Both the position numbers and the translations under genes were made by a program. DNA of 64,000 nucleotides, from the NCBI RefSeq assembly GCF_001194135.2, contig NC_069004.1:14900048-14964047 (forward strand). The letters are read 5' to 3'. Numbering within the stretch: the first letter of the stretch is position 1; the number at the start of each line of letters is the position of its first letter. A model generated the notes under the pieces. It was not told the origin of the DNA and ran no database searches. It saw only the letters and a list, made by a program, of their open reading frames with translations. The DNA comes from Octopus bimaculoides (lineage: Eukaryota). This document shows positions 37,371 to 51,298 of the stretch, in pieces.

Positions 37371-38094
37371 GACAATGAATGTAAAGATAGACAAAAATGC
37401 CGCAAAGCATTTTGTCTTGTATGGTAATAATTCTGCCAGTTTGCCACCTTACAATCTAGGAATATTAATTTCTAGCATAGGTACAAAGCATGAAATTTGA
37501 GGAAAATGGGGATTCAAGTGATACCATTAACTCCCAGAACTTGACCTGTAGTTTATTTCATCTGCCCTGGGGGGATAAAAATATAAAGTTAATCTTGATA
37601 TGATTTGAACTCAAAACATAAAGAGCTGGAAGAAATACCACAGGCATTTTACCATACACTTGAAGAATTCTACCAATCTTTTACTCATAACATGCTAGAA
37701 ATAAAACCAAGTCATCTCTAAATAACCATGTCATCTTTGAAAAATTGGACACTTTCGTCATGATCCCAGATACATCTAGTTTAAACACAACCACCTCCTT
37801 CTAGAAAGAGTGACAAGATGTTCACAGCTCGAATACCGTTGAATATAGGTCTGCTTCATCAGAGTTGAGCTAGGGCTACACAGCAACAGTAGCAATATTC
37901 CTAAGTAATTATGAAATAACTTCTCATTGTGAAATTCTACTTGTGATGGTTAAACTTAGCTTTCTGTTTTTGTAGTGTCCATTAAATAAGAATTAATAAT
38001 ATATTGGAGATAATTTGAATGCTTATATCCTTTCTATATCAGAATTAACTTTGAACATGAGCAAGAAACTATTGATGCTGTTATTAATGCTTCC

Positions 38095-39170
38095 ATTGGT
38101 GAGCTGGTTGAATCATTAGCATGCCAGACAACAACATGCTTAGTGGCTTTCTTCCGTTTTATGTTCTGAGTTCAAATTCTGCCAAGGTCAATTTTGCTTT
38201 TCATCCTTTCAGGGTAAAATAAATACCACTCAAATACTGGGGGACAATGTAATTTCATGCCTCGTGCCTTTGTAGAAAGGATTGTTATCATTTATTATTC
38301 TTGAACTGGAAATATGGTTAGCATGCCAGACAAAATGCTTGGCAGTTTTTCTTGTGCTCTGAGTTCAAATCTAGCTGAGATTGACTTTGCCTTTCATCCT
38401 TTCAGGATTAATAAAATAAGTACCAGTTGAGCACTGGGGTCGATGTAATCAACTAGCCTCGACCCACCCCAAATTCCTGGCCTTGAGCCTCTGGCAGAAT
38501 CATTAGCACACTGAGCAAAATGCTTAGTGGTATTTTGTCCAGTTTTGCGTTCTGAGTTCAAATTCTGCCGAGGTCAACGTTGCCTTTCATCTTTTCAGGG
38601 TTGATAAAATAAGGACCAGTGAAACACTGGGGTTACTGTAATTGACTTAATCCCCTCCCCCAAGCTGCCCTTGTGGAAAAAATTTGAAATCATTATTATT
38701 ATTATTATTAAAGCAGTGAGATGGCAGAATTGTTAGTACGCCGGGTGAAATGCTTAACAGAATTTAATCTGTTGCGAGCTGGCAGAATCGTTAGCATGCC
38801 GGGCAAAATACTTAGTGGTTTTTCGTCTGCCGTTACGTTCTGAGTTCAAATTCTGCCGAGGTCGACTTTGCCTTTCATCCTTTCGGGGTCGATAAATTAA
38901 GTACCAGTTACGCACTGGGGTCGATGTAATCGACTTAACCCATTTGTCTGTCCTTGTTTGTCCCCTCTATGTTTAGCCCCTTGTGGGCAATAAAGAAATA
39001 AGAATTTAATCTGTTGCTACATTCTGAGTTCAAATTTCACCGAGGTCAACTTTGCCTTTCATCCTTTCAGGATCAATAAATTAAGTACCAGTGAATTACT
39101 GGGGTTGGTGTAATCGACAATTCCTCTCCCCCAAAATTCCAAGCTTTGTGCTTATAGTAGAAAAGATTAT
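38095..39170 (+). mobile_element. Head-to-tail and nested family B SINE cluster
   Basis: At least five co-oriented copies. The young copy 38776-39000 is flanked by a 17-bp TSD agaatttaatctgttgc (38759-38775 and 39001-39017). Confidence 0.88.
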
Positions 39171-39176
39171 TATTAT

Positions 39177-39545
39177 TGGTTAGGGCAGTGGACTCGTGGT
39201 CATAGGATCGTGGTTTCGATTCCCAGACCGGGCGTTGTGAGTGTTTATTGAGCGAAAACACCTAAAGCTCCATGAGGGTCCGGCAGGGGATGGTGGCGAA
39301 CCCTGCTGTTCTCTTTCGCCACAACTTTCTCTCACTCTTACTTCCTGTTTCTGTTGTGCCTGTAATTCAAAGGGTCAGCCTTGTCACACTCTGTGTCACG
39401 CTGAATATTCCCGAGAACTACGTTAAGGGTACACGCGTCTGTGGAGTGCTCAGCCACTTGCACGTTAATTTCACGAGCAGGCTGTTCCATTGATCGGATC
39501 AACTGGAACCCTCGACGTCGTAAGCGACGGACTGCCAACAACATA
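39177..39545 (+). mobile_element. Family D SINE, most complete copy
   Basis: ggttagggcagtggactcg...gtttcgattcccagaccggg...cgtcgtaagcgacggactgccaacaac. Confidence 0.85.
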
Positions 39546-40214
39546 TTATTATTATTATTATTAAAGTGGTAAGTTGGCAGAATTGTTAGCATCACAGGAC
39601 AAAATGCTTAGCAGCATCTCTTCCAGCTTTGCATTCCGAGTTCAAATTCCACCAGTGAAACTTTGTCTTCCACCCAACAAAATTTAAGGCCTTGTGCCTA
39701 TTGTTGTTGTTGTTGTTGCTGAATGATTCTGTGAATACATTAGTCTTATCACATCTGTGATGAGACTGGAACAGAGACATTCTTTCAGAAAATTGCATTA
39801 ACAGAATTAGTGTGATCAGCTCCTTCTTTTCCAAACTAATCTTTCTATAATTTATTCTTCATTGTGATTAAAATGATTAGTGAAAAACCAATTAAAATAA
39901 TTAAAATTTAATTTTTAATTGTAGATTACCTCATTTTAAAACATTTTTTTTTTCTGTTTTATTATATTATATTATATTTTACTTTATTTATTCATTTATG
40001 TATGTCTTTTTTTTTTTGTAAATATCTGATGCTAAAATACCAAGTGCCATTCTGCTCTGAGGCTGCTTAAGTATTGTTTTGTTTCATTTTTTTGATATTT
40101 TTTTAAATCTTTTTTTTTAACAGATCCTTTGTGATTTTTTTTTTAAAACATTATATCATTAGAGTTCTCTTCCCATTGTACATCATTTCAATTTTCCTTC
40201 ATTTCAAGCCACTC

Positions 40215-40253
40215 TTTATTATTATTATTATTATTTAAAAAATTTTTTTTTTT

Positions 40254-40289
<36 letters not shown>

Positions 40290-40349
40290 TTTGTTTTTTT
40301 TTAGTGTTATTATTATTATTATTTTTTTTTTTTTNNNNNNNNNNTTTTT

Positions 40350-40382
<33 letters not shown>

Positions 40383-40463
40383 GTTATTATTATTTTTTTT
40401 TAGTGTTATTATTATTATTATTATTTTTTTTTTTTAGTGTTATTATTATTATTATTTTTTTTT

Positions 40464-40514
<51 letters not shown>

Positions 40515-40539
40515 GTTATTATTATTTTTTTTTAGTGTT

Positions 40540-40587
<48 letters not shown>

Positions 40588-40590
40588 CAG
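40215..40590. repeat. (TTA)n/(T)n compound microsatellite around a 10-N gap
   Basis: Repeated tttttagtgttattattatt blocks. Confidence 0.9.
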
Positions 40591-40734
40591 CTTCCTCTTA
40601 TCAACACTTATAGCTGATATTATGTGTCCTCTAAGATAGAGATAGATTCATCAGCCACAATCAGTGATGGTTAAGTCACGTGGTTAGGTCATCAGCAGGG
40701 GTTGGATATATGAAGTAGTAGTTATAATTGTCAT

Positions 40735-41100
40735 GCATGCCACCATCATCATCATCATGATTATGACCATTATTACCACTGTTATTATCACCACCACCAC
40801 CGCCTTCATCTTCATTACTGACATTATCATCGCTGCCGTTACCATCATGAATATCTTCACCACCAACACCACTACCATCATTATCATCATCTTCAGTATC
40901 ATCATCATCATCACCACCACTGCCCTCACCATCACCACTACTACCCTGTTGATCATCATTAATAGCCTCGTTGTCGCTATCATCATCATCATCATCATCA
41001 CTACCACTGCCATTGTCATTATCATCACAACCATCTCCATCAGTATCATCCCACATCATCATCATTATCACCATCGTCATCATCCCACATCATCCCTAGA
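40735..41100. repeat. Degenerate (CAT/CAC)n low-complexity tract
   Basis: Imperfect catcatcat/caccac trinucleotide run. Confidence 0.9.
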
Positions 41101-41521
41101 GCATCTATTTATTAATTTTCTCCCACTTCAGCATCACTAAATTACAATCTCCCACATATCAACTAACTTCCTTTGTTTCATTTTATTCTAATATTTCCCT
41201 ACAGTGTCTGCCACACACCAGTGATATAACACACACACACACACACACACACTAATCAGGCATACCTCAAATTACATTGGTAATTGGTTCCAAGATGTGC
41301 AACTAAGCTCAAAAAGCAACATAACTAAAAAAAAAAATCATTTTAAAACTTCTTCATTGATGACCTGCCCCCTACAACAGAACAGAATTGTTACCCTAAA
41401 ACCCCCTTAGTAATGCTTGCCCATAAAGAGCACTGATGTTGGTACCATGTGAAAAGAACTGGTGCTGGTGCCACCTGAAAAGACACTGGTGATGGTGCCA
41501 TATAAAAAGCACTAGTGATGG

Positions 41522-41571
<50 letters not shown>

Positions 41572-42318
41572 GTTTAACNNNNNNNNNNNNNNNNNNNNNN
41601 NNNNNNNNNNNNNNNNNNNNNNNNNNNNNNNNNNNNNNNNNNNNNNNNNNNNNNNNNNNNNNNNNNNNNNNNNNNNNNNNNNNNNNNNNNNNNNNNNNNN
41701 NNNNNNNNNNNNNNNNNNNNNNNNNNNNNNNNNNNNNNNNNNNNNNNNNNNNNNNNNNNNNNNNNNNNNNNNNNNNNNNNNNNNNNNNNNNNNNNNNNNN
41801 NNNNTCTGGCAGAGTTTCTACAGCTGGATGCCAACCACTCCGAGAGTGCAGTGGGTGCTTTTACATGCTACCGGCACAAGGGCCAGTCAGGTGGTATTAG
41901 CAACGGCCACGCTCAAATAGTGTTTTTTACATGCCACCTGCACAGGAGTCAGTCCAGTGGCACTGGCAACAACCTGAGTAATCCAAGGCTATTTTAGAAG
42001 ACACTTGCTTTAGATGCCACACAGTGGACTGAACCCAGAACCATGTTGTTAAGAAGCAAGCTTCTTACCACATAGCCATACTTGCACTTATATTTTGTTC
42101 ACTTTCCTTTTTTTATTTCCATGCTTGCATGATTTTGACAGATGTGTTATTGAAGCACTGATTTACTGCTGGATGCTCTTTTTGTCACTAACCCTTACTT
42201 GTTTTCAACTAAGGGACCTTAGCTCAAGAGACTTAAAGTAAGCAGGTGATTTGTTAACAGAGCCATCAATAACAACATCTATATACTACGGTTTCTGTAG
42301 AATCAAGAAAGATGTAAT

Positions 42319-42353
<35 letters not shown>

Positions 42354-42412
42354 CTAACCATACATACACACACCCACACGCACAGCCCTACCCATGTGTA
42401 TACACACACAGA

Positions 42413-42640
42413 GTGGCGAGCTGGTAGAAACGTTAGCATGCCAGGCGAAATGCTTAGCGGTATTTCGTCTGCCGCTATGTTCTGAGTTCAAATTCTGCTG
42501 AGGTCGACTTTGCCTTTCATCCTTTCAGGGTCAATTAATAAGTACCAGTTATGCACTGGGGTCGATGTAATCGACTTAATCCGTTTGTCTGTCCTTGTTT
42601 GTCCCCTCTGTGTGTAGCCCCTTGTGGGTAGTAAAGAAAT
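42413..42640 (+). mobile_element. Young family B SINE
   Basis: gtggcgagctggtagaaacgttagc...gtagccccttgtgggtagtaaagaaata; flanked by agccctac.c.tgtgtatacacacaca-like duplicated sequence. Confidence 0.85.
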
Positions 42641-43187
42641 AACACAGAGCCCTACTCGTGTATACACACACACAGCCCGACTCACTCACACACACACACA
42701 TAATTGCACATAAAACACAACAGTCTTCTTTCAGTTTCCGTCTACTGAATTCATACGCAAGACTTTGGTCAGCCCAGGGCTGGAGTAGAAGACACTTTTG
42801 CCTGAAGTGCCCAAGGTTCAGTGAGATTGAACCTGAAACCCAGTGCTTGGAAATGACCACCTGGTGGAAGTGGGGTTGGAGTTGAGGATGCAAAATTTAG
42901 ATATGTTGTTGGCTGTAACAAACATTACTACACAGTATAAATAGATGGATGGATCAAAGAAATATTGTACGACTATTGAAACTGTGACAGCATGGAAGTA
43001 TACTGATGTTGCATCACTAGGAAAGGTGGGGGTAGAGGAAGTGATGGTGGTGGTGGTGGTGGTGGTGGTGGTGGTGGTGGTGGAAGCAAGGACAGCAATA
43101 TTGTAACTTTATTAAATGACGCTTTTATCTGAATGCTACCTTCTGCCGAGTAAATTATTTGTACATTCAAAATAAGCGTCTCTATCC

Positions 43188-43225
<38 letters not shown>

Positions 43226-43834
43226 TGAAAATGCCTTCCTGCTGTGAGATAAATGATAGCTTAATTCCATTCCTCAATCTTCACTTACACATACAAACAG
43301 CACACACACACACTCATATGCATAGGCACTCATACACACACATACATACATCTTCCCCTCTCACCAGTTTATTTGGAGTTCATGTTAAAAGAGATTAGAT
43401 TATCTCCCTTGCCTTCCTTCTATAAATCTGTTTGTTCTCATAGTCACGCATCCACTAAGATGTTCAACATTTCAAAATCTTCCACACAATAGCTTCATAG
43501 GAATGCAGCATCCATACCTCTTTCTCTCTCTTTCTCTCACACTTTGTTTGTATTTCTGTTCAGCACAAGTCTCACTGGAATTAAATCTTCAACATTCAAA
43601 GACTTTCCTATGGAAATTGTATTATATTTATCAGAAAATGTTTATGAATGTTTGAAAACTCAAATGTTTTATATAAAAGAATCTGATGAAGATAGGAAAG
43701 TGGAAACAAAATTAAACATAAAAATTCTAATTTCAAATATAAACCATTACATGAGATTCTTGTCTTTTTTTTTTAATTTCTTTTTTCTTTTCAACTTGTT
43801 ATTTCTTTATTAACTGTTGAAATTATCTTTTGTC

Positions 43835-44250
43835 CAGAGTATGACATTAAACTATGTCCAGTGACGAGACTCCGGTATGGGGGTTCTGGAATTGTGGGGA
43901 GAATGGAGTCACCCCTTAATTGCTGTTACTTCCAGGTCTGTTCTAACCCAGAATTGTAGTACCTCTTAGGGTTCCATCTATGGATTAAATAGATTTTTCT
44001 TTCGAGTAGATTGAGCTCCTTAGCTACAGTGGAAGCAATCAATCTAGGTGGACAGCTCCAAAATTAATACCATAATCCAACATGCCCTAACCCAAAAGAG
44101 TATGGCTGATGAAACTAACGTGAGATATGTCCAATAACATAAATTCATTCATACCATGGAGGCAACTACTTCAAGTATGACATAAAACTGCATCCTGTGG
44201 TGAAGATCCAGTTAGGGAGTTCTGGAGTTGTGAGGATCATGGAGTCACTC
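43835..44250 (+). repeat. Unclassified interspersed repeat (family E); second copy at about 45720-45960
   Basis: Shared ccttaatt.c..ttact.ccagg...gtagtacct...gattgagctcctta.cagc...gcaatcaatctagg...gctccaaaattaatacc...agagtatggctgatgaaactaac. Confidence 0.7.
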
Positions 44251-44704
44251 TTTAGCTATAAGGTATGTACATGGTTGTATGAATTGCAGTTTTAAGGTCT
44301 GATATATTATGTCCTCTGTTAAATGAATTCAGGATGGTTAATAATAAACAAATTCAAAGACAAGTTGTAATTGACCGCAAAGAAATATTTATTACTGTTG
44401 CTAAAATTTGATACAGCAAACTGGTAGGACATTAATAAATGTCAATACAATGTATAGTTTTAAATGCTCATAAAAATGAAGATAGAAAAACCTGAAATAC
44501 AGCATCACAAAAACTCTGGCTACAATTCTATTCAAATGTTGGTAAAATGCAAAGCATAATGTCAAGGATTCCGGTTTGAATTAAAGTGAAATCAACCAGT
44601 TCTCACATCAAGATCTCAGGTTGCTCATAGCAAAACTCTCCTCCCTAGGGACTTAGTGGGCCAAAACTTCCCATTTTATAGCTGATGAACAGATGCTAGG
44701 CTAG

Positions 44705-45600
44705 TCATCATCATCATCACCATCATTTGATGTCCTTTGTCTATGCTGGCATGGGTTGGACGGTTTGACCAGAGCTGGTAAGCTGGAAGGCTGCACCAGA
44801 CTCCTGTCTGATATGGCATGGTTTTCTGCGGCTGGATGCCCTTCTTAACACCAACCACTCCGAGAGTGTAATGGATGCTTTTATGTACCACCAGCTCAGG
44901 TGCCATTTGTGTGACACTGGTAGCTGCCATGACAGCAATTTTTCTCAGCTTGATGGGTCTTCTTCTCAAGCACAGCATAATGCCAAAGGTCTCGGTCATT
45001 GCCTCTGTGAGGCCCAACATTCAAAAGGAACTCAGCCACTTTTGCCACTGTGATGCCCAGCACTCGAAAGGAACTCAGCCACTTTGCCTCTATGAGGCCC
45101 AATGCTCCACCGGTTCTCTTTATGTGCCACCAGCATGGGTACCAGTTACATGATGCCAACATCAGCCTTGACTATGAATTCACTTGGCTTGACGGGGTCT
45201 TCTCAAGCATATTAGCAAAGGTCTTGGTCACTAGTCATTGCTTCTGTGAGGCTCAAAGTTCAAAGATCATGCTTCACCACTTCGTTCCATATCTTCCTGG
45301 GTCTACCTCTTTCACAGGCTCCCTCCACAGTTAGACATCAGCACTTTTTTTACACAGTTGTCCTCGTCCATACACATCACATGACCATACCAGTGCAATC
45401 ATCTCTCTTGCATGCCACATCTGATGCCTTTCATGCCTAACTTTTCTCTCAAGATGCTTACACACTGTTGAACATGCACACCCAGCAAAGCTTACTGGCT
45501 TCATTTCTTTCAAGCCTGTGCATGTCCTCAGCTGTCACAGCCCATGTTTCACTGTCATGTAGCATGGCTGTTTGCACACAGGCATCACACAGTCCCACAC
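44705..45600 (-). mobile_element. Two stacked RTE LINE 3' ends (ORF2 C-terminus plus family-C UTR)
   Basis: RGNDRDLWHYAVLEKKT at about 44960-45010; second ORF2 end at 45110-45600 (LVWSCDVYGRGQLCKK); aaaggaactcagccactt is duplicated. Confidence 0.8.
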
Positions 45601-46619
45601 GTTAAAGGGGTGGATAGTCCAAGCAAAACTGAATGGATCCAACTATCAAGCAGTGAACCAAAAAGTAGTAAAAAAAAAAACCTCAATGTGGGCAGCTAAA
45701 GTTCATGTGTGATCACGCTTCCACTACAGCTCCTTAATTACCATTACTCCCAGGACCATTCTGACTTGGAACAGTAGTACCTGTCAAGGTCTTTCCTATA
45801 GGATAGATTTCTTTTAGGGTTGATTGAGCTCCTTAACAGCAATGAAAGCAATCAATCTAGGAGAAGGAAAGCTCCAAAATTAATACCGTCTTCCTTAAGC
45901 CAGCACAGAAGAGTATGGCTGATGAAACTAACATATGGTATGTCTGGTAACATAGATTCAGACAATAAAAGTAATTATCTCGTATTAGTGCACATTCTGC
46001 TGCAGGTGGAGTAAGCAGCAGTAAATGATAATGATCTTGATTAAACTTTCCATTTTCATTACTCTAATGATGGAGGTACAAACACAAGGACATACAGACA
46101 AATGCATGTAAGTATGTAAGCATGTAATGTATGTTTGTATGTATGTACTATTATTAAACCCCCCAAAAATCTTCACAAACTCTTATTCCAGAGTTTCACG
46201 TTATCGTTCATCAAGCAGTTGTGATAATGATTATTATGTTTTAACAAAAGCATGCTGCTCTACCTTCAGTATTCGAGTACTAATTTTTCCACCTTGCTTT
46301 GCATTTATGTACTTATTCATGTGTGTGTGTGTGTAGAGAGAGAGAGACAGACAGACAGACAGAGAAAGAAACGACAGCCTCTTTCAATTTCCATCTACCA
46401 AATTCAATCACAAAACATTGGCTGGTGCAGAGCTATAGTAAAAGACACTTGCCCAAGATGTCACACAGCGGGATTGAACCCAAAACCATGTAGGAAGCAA
46501 ACTTCTTACCCACACAGCCACACCTGCACCTACATTAAAATATCAGATGCATGTTAAAGCAATTATTAATTTTTGCAAATAACAATGAAAATGAATCTTC
46601 CCTGGAGCTTGAAGAAAAC

Positions 46620-47300
46620 TGTAAAGCAATAAATTTAGAAAAATATGCAAAAATATTTTGTAAATCTCCATCTAAAAAAATGAGCAGTTACAAGATTTTA
46701 TTAAGTATGACATAAAATCATAATTAAATTTTTACTTCATTGTAAACTACTTTTCCTTGAAATAGTCTTTTGGCCATTGATAAAAGGCTTCTGAAAGAAA
46801 AACAAATAATGCAGACTTAAGGCTCTTAGAGTGATTGGATCCATGGAGACAATATCATATGCTGAATGGAATATTCTACAAAGCCTAATGGATATACTTC
46901 ACCTCACTGAAATAGTTCTTTAAAATCCGTATTTCTAGAAGACAAATTTAGTCATGGCTGAAGTATGAATCCAGTTTTTGTTGTCAGAAATGAAGTTAAT
47001 GAAGGATTTTGTTACCATTCAGAATCTTTTGGAGCAACACTCTTTAAAAGACAAAATGATGTTACTACTCTTATTTTATTTCTTCAAAAGCAAGTATTTA
47101 AAAAATACATGTGGTGAGCGAATATTTTTTGAAAGATTGAAAGAAGTTCAGGTATCTAATGATAAAGAAACATTGGCTGAGGGCAGTGAATCAGCTCCAG
47201 TATGATCAAACCAAACTAAAAATAAGAACACCTTATTTTTAAAAGAATATAGAAGTGCTTTAAAAGATTTTAAACCGAAACTTGAAGCCAAGTATTAGAA
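46620..47300 (+). pseudogene. Heavily decayed hAT transposase remnant
   Basis: With stops and frameshifts: KYAKIFCKSPSKK...*NSLLAI.KRLL...EWNILQSLMDIL...NLVMAEV.IQFLLSEM, resembling hAT KSPxKN...DCxTRWNS...EWxxL..L..L.P. Confidence 0.5.
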
Positions 47301-47441
47301 ATACCAATATAAGCTCAGCTTTTGCTCCACCACTTCTCGTCTCATTTGACCTTCATTGTGCTGATATTTTTGCTGACAGCTTTAAAGTTTTGAACCTTAC
47401 TGGAAGAGGAGGGTTTCCAGTAGAGAGTGGATAGATTTGTA

Positions 47442-47653
47442 TACTCTTTTAGTCTCTTTTACTTGTTTGAGTCATTTGACTGTGGCCATGCTGGAGCACC
47501 GCCTTTAGTCGAGAAAATCGAGCCCAGAACTTATTCTTTGTAAGCCTAGTACTTATTCTATCGGTCTCTTTTTGCCGAACCGCTAAGTTACAGGGACGTA
47601 AACACACCAGCATCGGTTGTCAAGCGATGGGTGGGGGGAACAAACACAGACAC

Positions 47654-47684
<31 letters not shown>

Positions 47685-47960
47685 NNNNNNNNNNNNNNNN
47701 NNNNNNNNNNNNNNNNNNNNNNNNNNNNNNNNNNNNNNNNNNNNNNNNNNNNNNNNNNNNNNNNNNNNNNNNNNNNNNNNNNATATATATATATATACGA
47801 TGGGCTTCTTTCAGTTTCCGTCTACCAAATTCACTCACAAGGCTTTGGTCAGCCCGAGGCTATAGTTGAAGACACTTGCCCAAGGTGCCACGCAGTGGGA
47901 CTGAACCTGGAACCATGTGGTTGGTAAGCGAGCTACTTACCACACAGCCACTCTTGCGCC
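47442..47960 (-). mobile_element. Young family A SINE with an N gap in its internal microsatellite
   Basis: Near-consensus: tactctttt...gactgtggccatgctggagcaccgcc...cacacagccactcttgcgcc. Confidence 0.9.
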
Positions 47961-48114
47961 ATGTATCTGTATTTTTTATCTGACAGTTTGTACAATTGTT
48001 TCTTAAACGCAATGGCAACAGTTGCGTCTGTCAAATAGATATAATAGGATTAGGTAATACATTACTTTTAGTTTTATTTGATTTCATATTATTGTGTGTA
48101 TATATTTTTTGTGA

Positions 48115-48300
48115 TCACCACACCACCATCAACTGCATCACCAACATCTATGCCACCATCATCACCACCACTAACATCATTACCAATAAAACCAACATCA
48201 TTGGTATTAACATCAACACTATTGCTATCATCATCATCATTGTCATCATCATCATTGTCATCATCATCATTGTCATCATCATCATTGTCATCATCACTAG
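48115..48300. repeat. Degenerate (CAT)n with an (atcatcatcattgtc)n 15-mer core
   Basis: atcatcatcattgtc repeated about four times at 48230-48295. Confidence 0.9.
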
Positions 48301-49211
48301 TATCAATACAAGATAACATGGGAGCCTCCATGTGTTTGCTTGCTCTGCTAGAAACAGCAGCCAAATCTCCTTAAAAATCACATCCTACTGTCTTAGAAAA
48401 AAGTAAAGACACATTATATAATGCAGTTGCATACATGTGTAAAAATGACCTTTGATTCTGCTGAAACAAGTGCCTTTTGCTCTTTTACTTGTTTCAGTGC
48501 TTTACCCTTGTTTCAGTCACACATATACAAACAGGCAAATTTGCAGGATCATTATTCTCAGACTTCTTTATCTTTTTTCTTCCTGAATGCTCACTTTATT
48601 TTCTTATTATCTTTCTTCCAGCAATAGAGATAAGTTGCTTTTCCACGTTAATATAATATGGAACAAAATTCTTCTCTTTTGAGGGTTCAAGTGCCAGAAA
48701 TGCTGGAAAGTGTTTTAAGTAAAAGGAGTTGTGTCTAAGATTACATTAGTCAAATCACTCCATTGCTAAAATGCACTGTTTTCACTCAAACACTGGTACA
48801 CATTGAATTTTAGTACAATAAAGATGCTTTTTAAAGCTATATTTAGTCTCACAAGTAGTGTCAGTACGAAATGTAAAAACATGCTGTGAATTAATGTGCT
48901 CTGTGCAATTAAATATTAGCAGACATACATAATTTTGGTTTAAACTGAAAAGATGGATAATGCATATGACAGAGTAAGAACTGGTCTCCTAAAATAAATA
49001 TAGAACTTTCTATATTTTATATTTATATATTTAATATGAATATGTGTGTGATGCTGATGTATTCATAATGTATGCGATATACTGCATCTCTCCTTCTCTC
49101 TTTCTCTGTGTGTAGTGTATGAAGTATATGTCATATTTTACATATTCACACACAGCTGTAGTTATGTATGTATGTATGTATGTATGAATGTATATATGTA
49201 TGTATGTATAG

Positions 49212-49260
<49 letters not shown>

Positions 49261-50551
49261 TATGTGTGTCTGTGTACAGAACAAAGGTAATACTTTTTTT
49301 CCTTACTTAACTGAATACTGTGTAATTAGTTTTCTATTAATATGAATTTCATTTGTTTTAACCTCCATCAATCTTCAACCTTAATTCGCCAAAGACAAGT
49401 TTTTAATCTCTCCATTAGCAGACAGGAATTGGTTTTTCCATTTTTCCCATCCACCATCATTGTTCGTCTTTTCCTTCAGTACTTAACGCATTTAATTTGC
49501 TGAGCTTATCTTTAGCTCAGCCAATACTCTGAGCTCACATGACACATATAGAAACCTTTCTTATCGCAGACACATTCTTCTAATTGTGTTCACTTAATTT
49601 AATTTGTTACTTGTTCACTCTTCAATTGAAACTAATTCCACGAGTGATACACTTCACCATCTAAGCCATTAAATCACATTAGCACTTTGATCTTCGAATA
49701 ATAAATAAATAAAGTAAAATGAAGTTAAATAAAAAGAAAAATCTCAGAGAATGAATTCCTGTCTTAATTATTGTCTGTGAAATATTCAACTCAACCTCTA
49801 TACTGAAGATGGACAAGAAAACTAGGGAAAGTTACAGAAATTTTTATCAATTTCTTTATATCAACAGTTCTTTCCTTTCTATAGAAAGAAAATATAACTT
49901 ACCCTGTCCATCAAAATATGTAGTAAAATAGTAAGCATGCGTCAGTGACAGTGGTAGTTACATGTAAGGTTGGTGGGGGCGGTCATTGTTTAACCCTGGA
50001 TCAGCTTTCATTGAGCAGACTATACAAGATTCTCCTGTCTTTTTGAAGATGCTAGTGTATGGGGTTTGAGGGCAGTTTAGTTTCTGTTTCTAACTGGTGA
50101 AACAAGCATATAGAGACTTGATAGTTGGTTCAGTGGAGACTTTATCATTAGCTCATTAGAGACTCATTCATTAACTAAAAACTCATTGATGAGCTAGATT
50201 CATTGGCCTACAAGAGACTGACTAGCTAGAATTTCATTCGTTTACAAGAGATTCATTGGCTTACTAAAGATTTGTTGGCTCTCTTGTTACTCATTGCTAA
50301 GCTAGACTCATTGGCTCTCTAGGAACAAAATAATACCCTTGTTTATTAATTTTCCTTTAAGCTTAAACTGCTAACAGGCCCAGATTGAGCCTGGTGCAGC
50401 CCCTGGCTCACCAGTCCTCAGTCAAACCGTCCAACCCATGCCAGCATGGAAAGTGGACGTTAAATGTTGATGATGATGATATAAACTTACTTGGAAATGG
50501 ATGCGTGGCGTTCAACTAAATAAAATATATAATATATATATAATATATATA

Positions 50552-50949
50552 TGCATATATGGCTACAGAACATCACCAACAGTAAACAACATAAAATACA
50601 AAAACAAATAAGTTAAATACACAAATAACAAGAGAAAAAAAGGACAAGTAATACAAAGAATGAACCTTCATCAGTTGTTGGTTGTCTATCTACTTGACAT
50701 TTCGAGCAATTAATGACAATATAAGTCTTCGAAGATAGTTGCTCCCATAAATACCAAAATAAAATTTTGGATTTATGGAGGGTCAAAGTTAGGAACAAAA
50801 ACAGGACAGTGGAGACATACAGGGAAACCAAATGAAAACAAACATGGAGGGTCGTTAGACCTGAACGAGGGGATATTTGTGTATTTAACTCATTTGTTTT
50901 CGTATTTCATGTTATTTACTGTTGGTGACGTCCTGTACCCATATATGCA
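50552..50949. mobile_element. About 400-bp foldback/MITE with about 75-bp terminal inverted repeats, in (TA)n
   Basis: 50552-50627 gcatatatggctacagaacatcaccaacagtaaac...aagttaaatacacaaata pairs with 50874-50949. Confidence 0.7.
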
Positions 50950-51298
50950 CATATATATATATATATATAGGGTAAAATAACCCCCTTTTACCCGCACCCA
51001 CTTATTGCACTTGGTATAACACTAGTGTAACAATAATTGGGTACCCTCCCAGCAGTATATTGGATAGATACTATCCCTTAGTGGGTTGAATCCTCAACCC
51101 CTAACTCTCTTGGATTATATATATATTATTTTGTTTAAAAGAGTTCCAACACTGTCTGTTTTTTATGTTTTATTTATATTCCTGCAAAACCAATGTGGGA
51201 TATAGAATATGGAATATACAATATGTAATATAAAATAAAAATGGACGGTACAATGAAATAAAGTATTGAATGTCTTATTGAATATATGGAATATGTCT

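Noticed and set aside
39177-39260. tRNA genes at SINE heads (families A, B, D)
   Set aside because: A/B-box-like motifs only; each continues into a multi-copy SINE body and I could not fold a full cloverleaf.
40676-41140. Asp-rich and Ile/Thr-rich ORFs (also 48078-48381, 15003-15329)
   Set aside because: Translations of degenerate trinucleotide repeats, open in several frames on both strands, with no splice or homology support.
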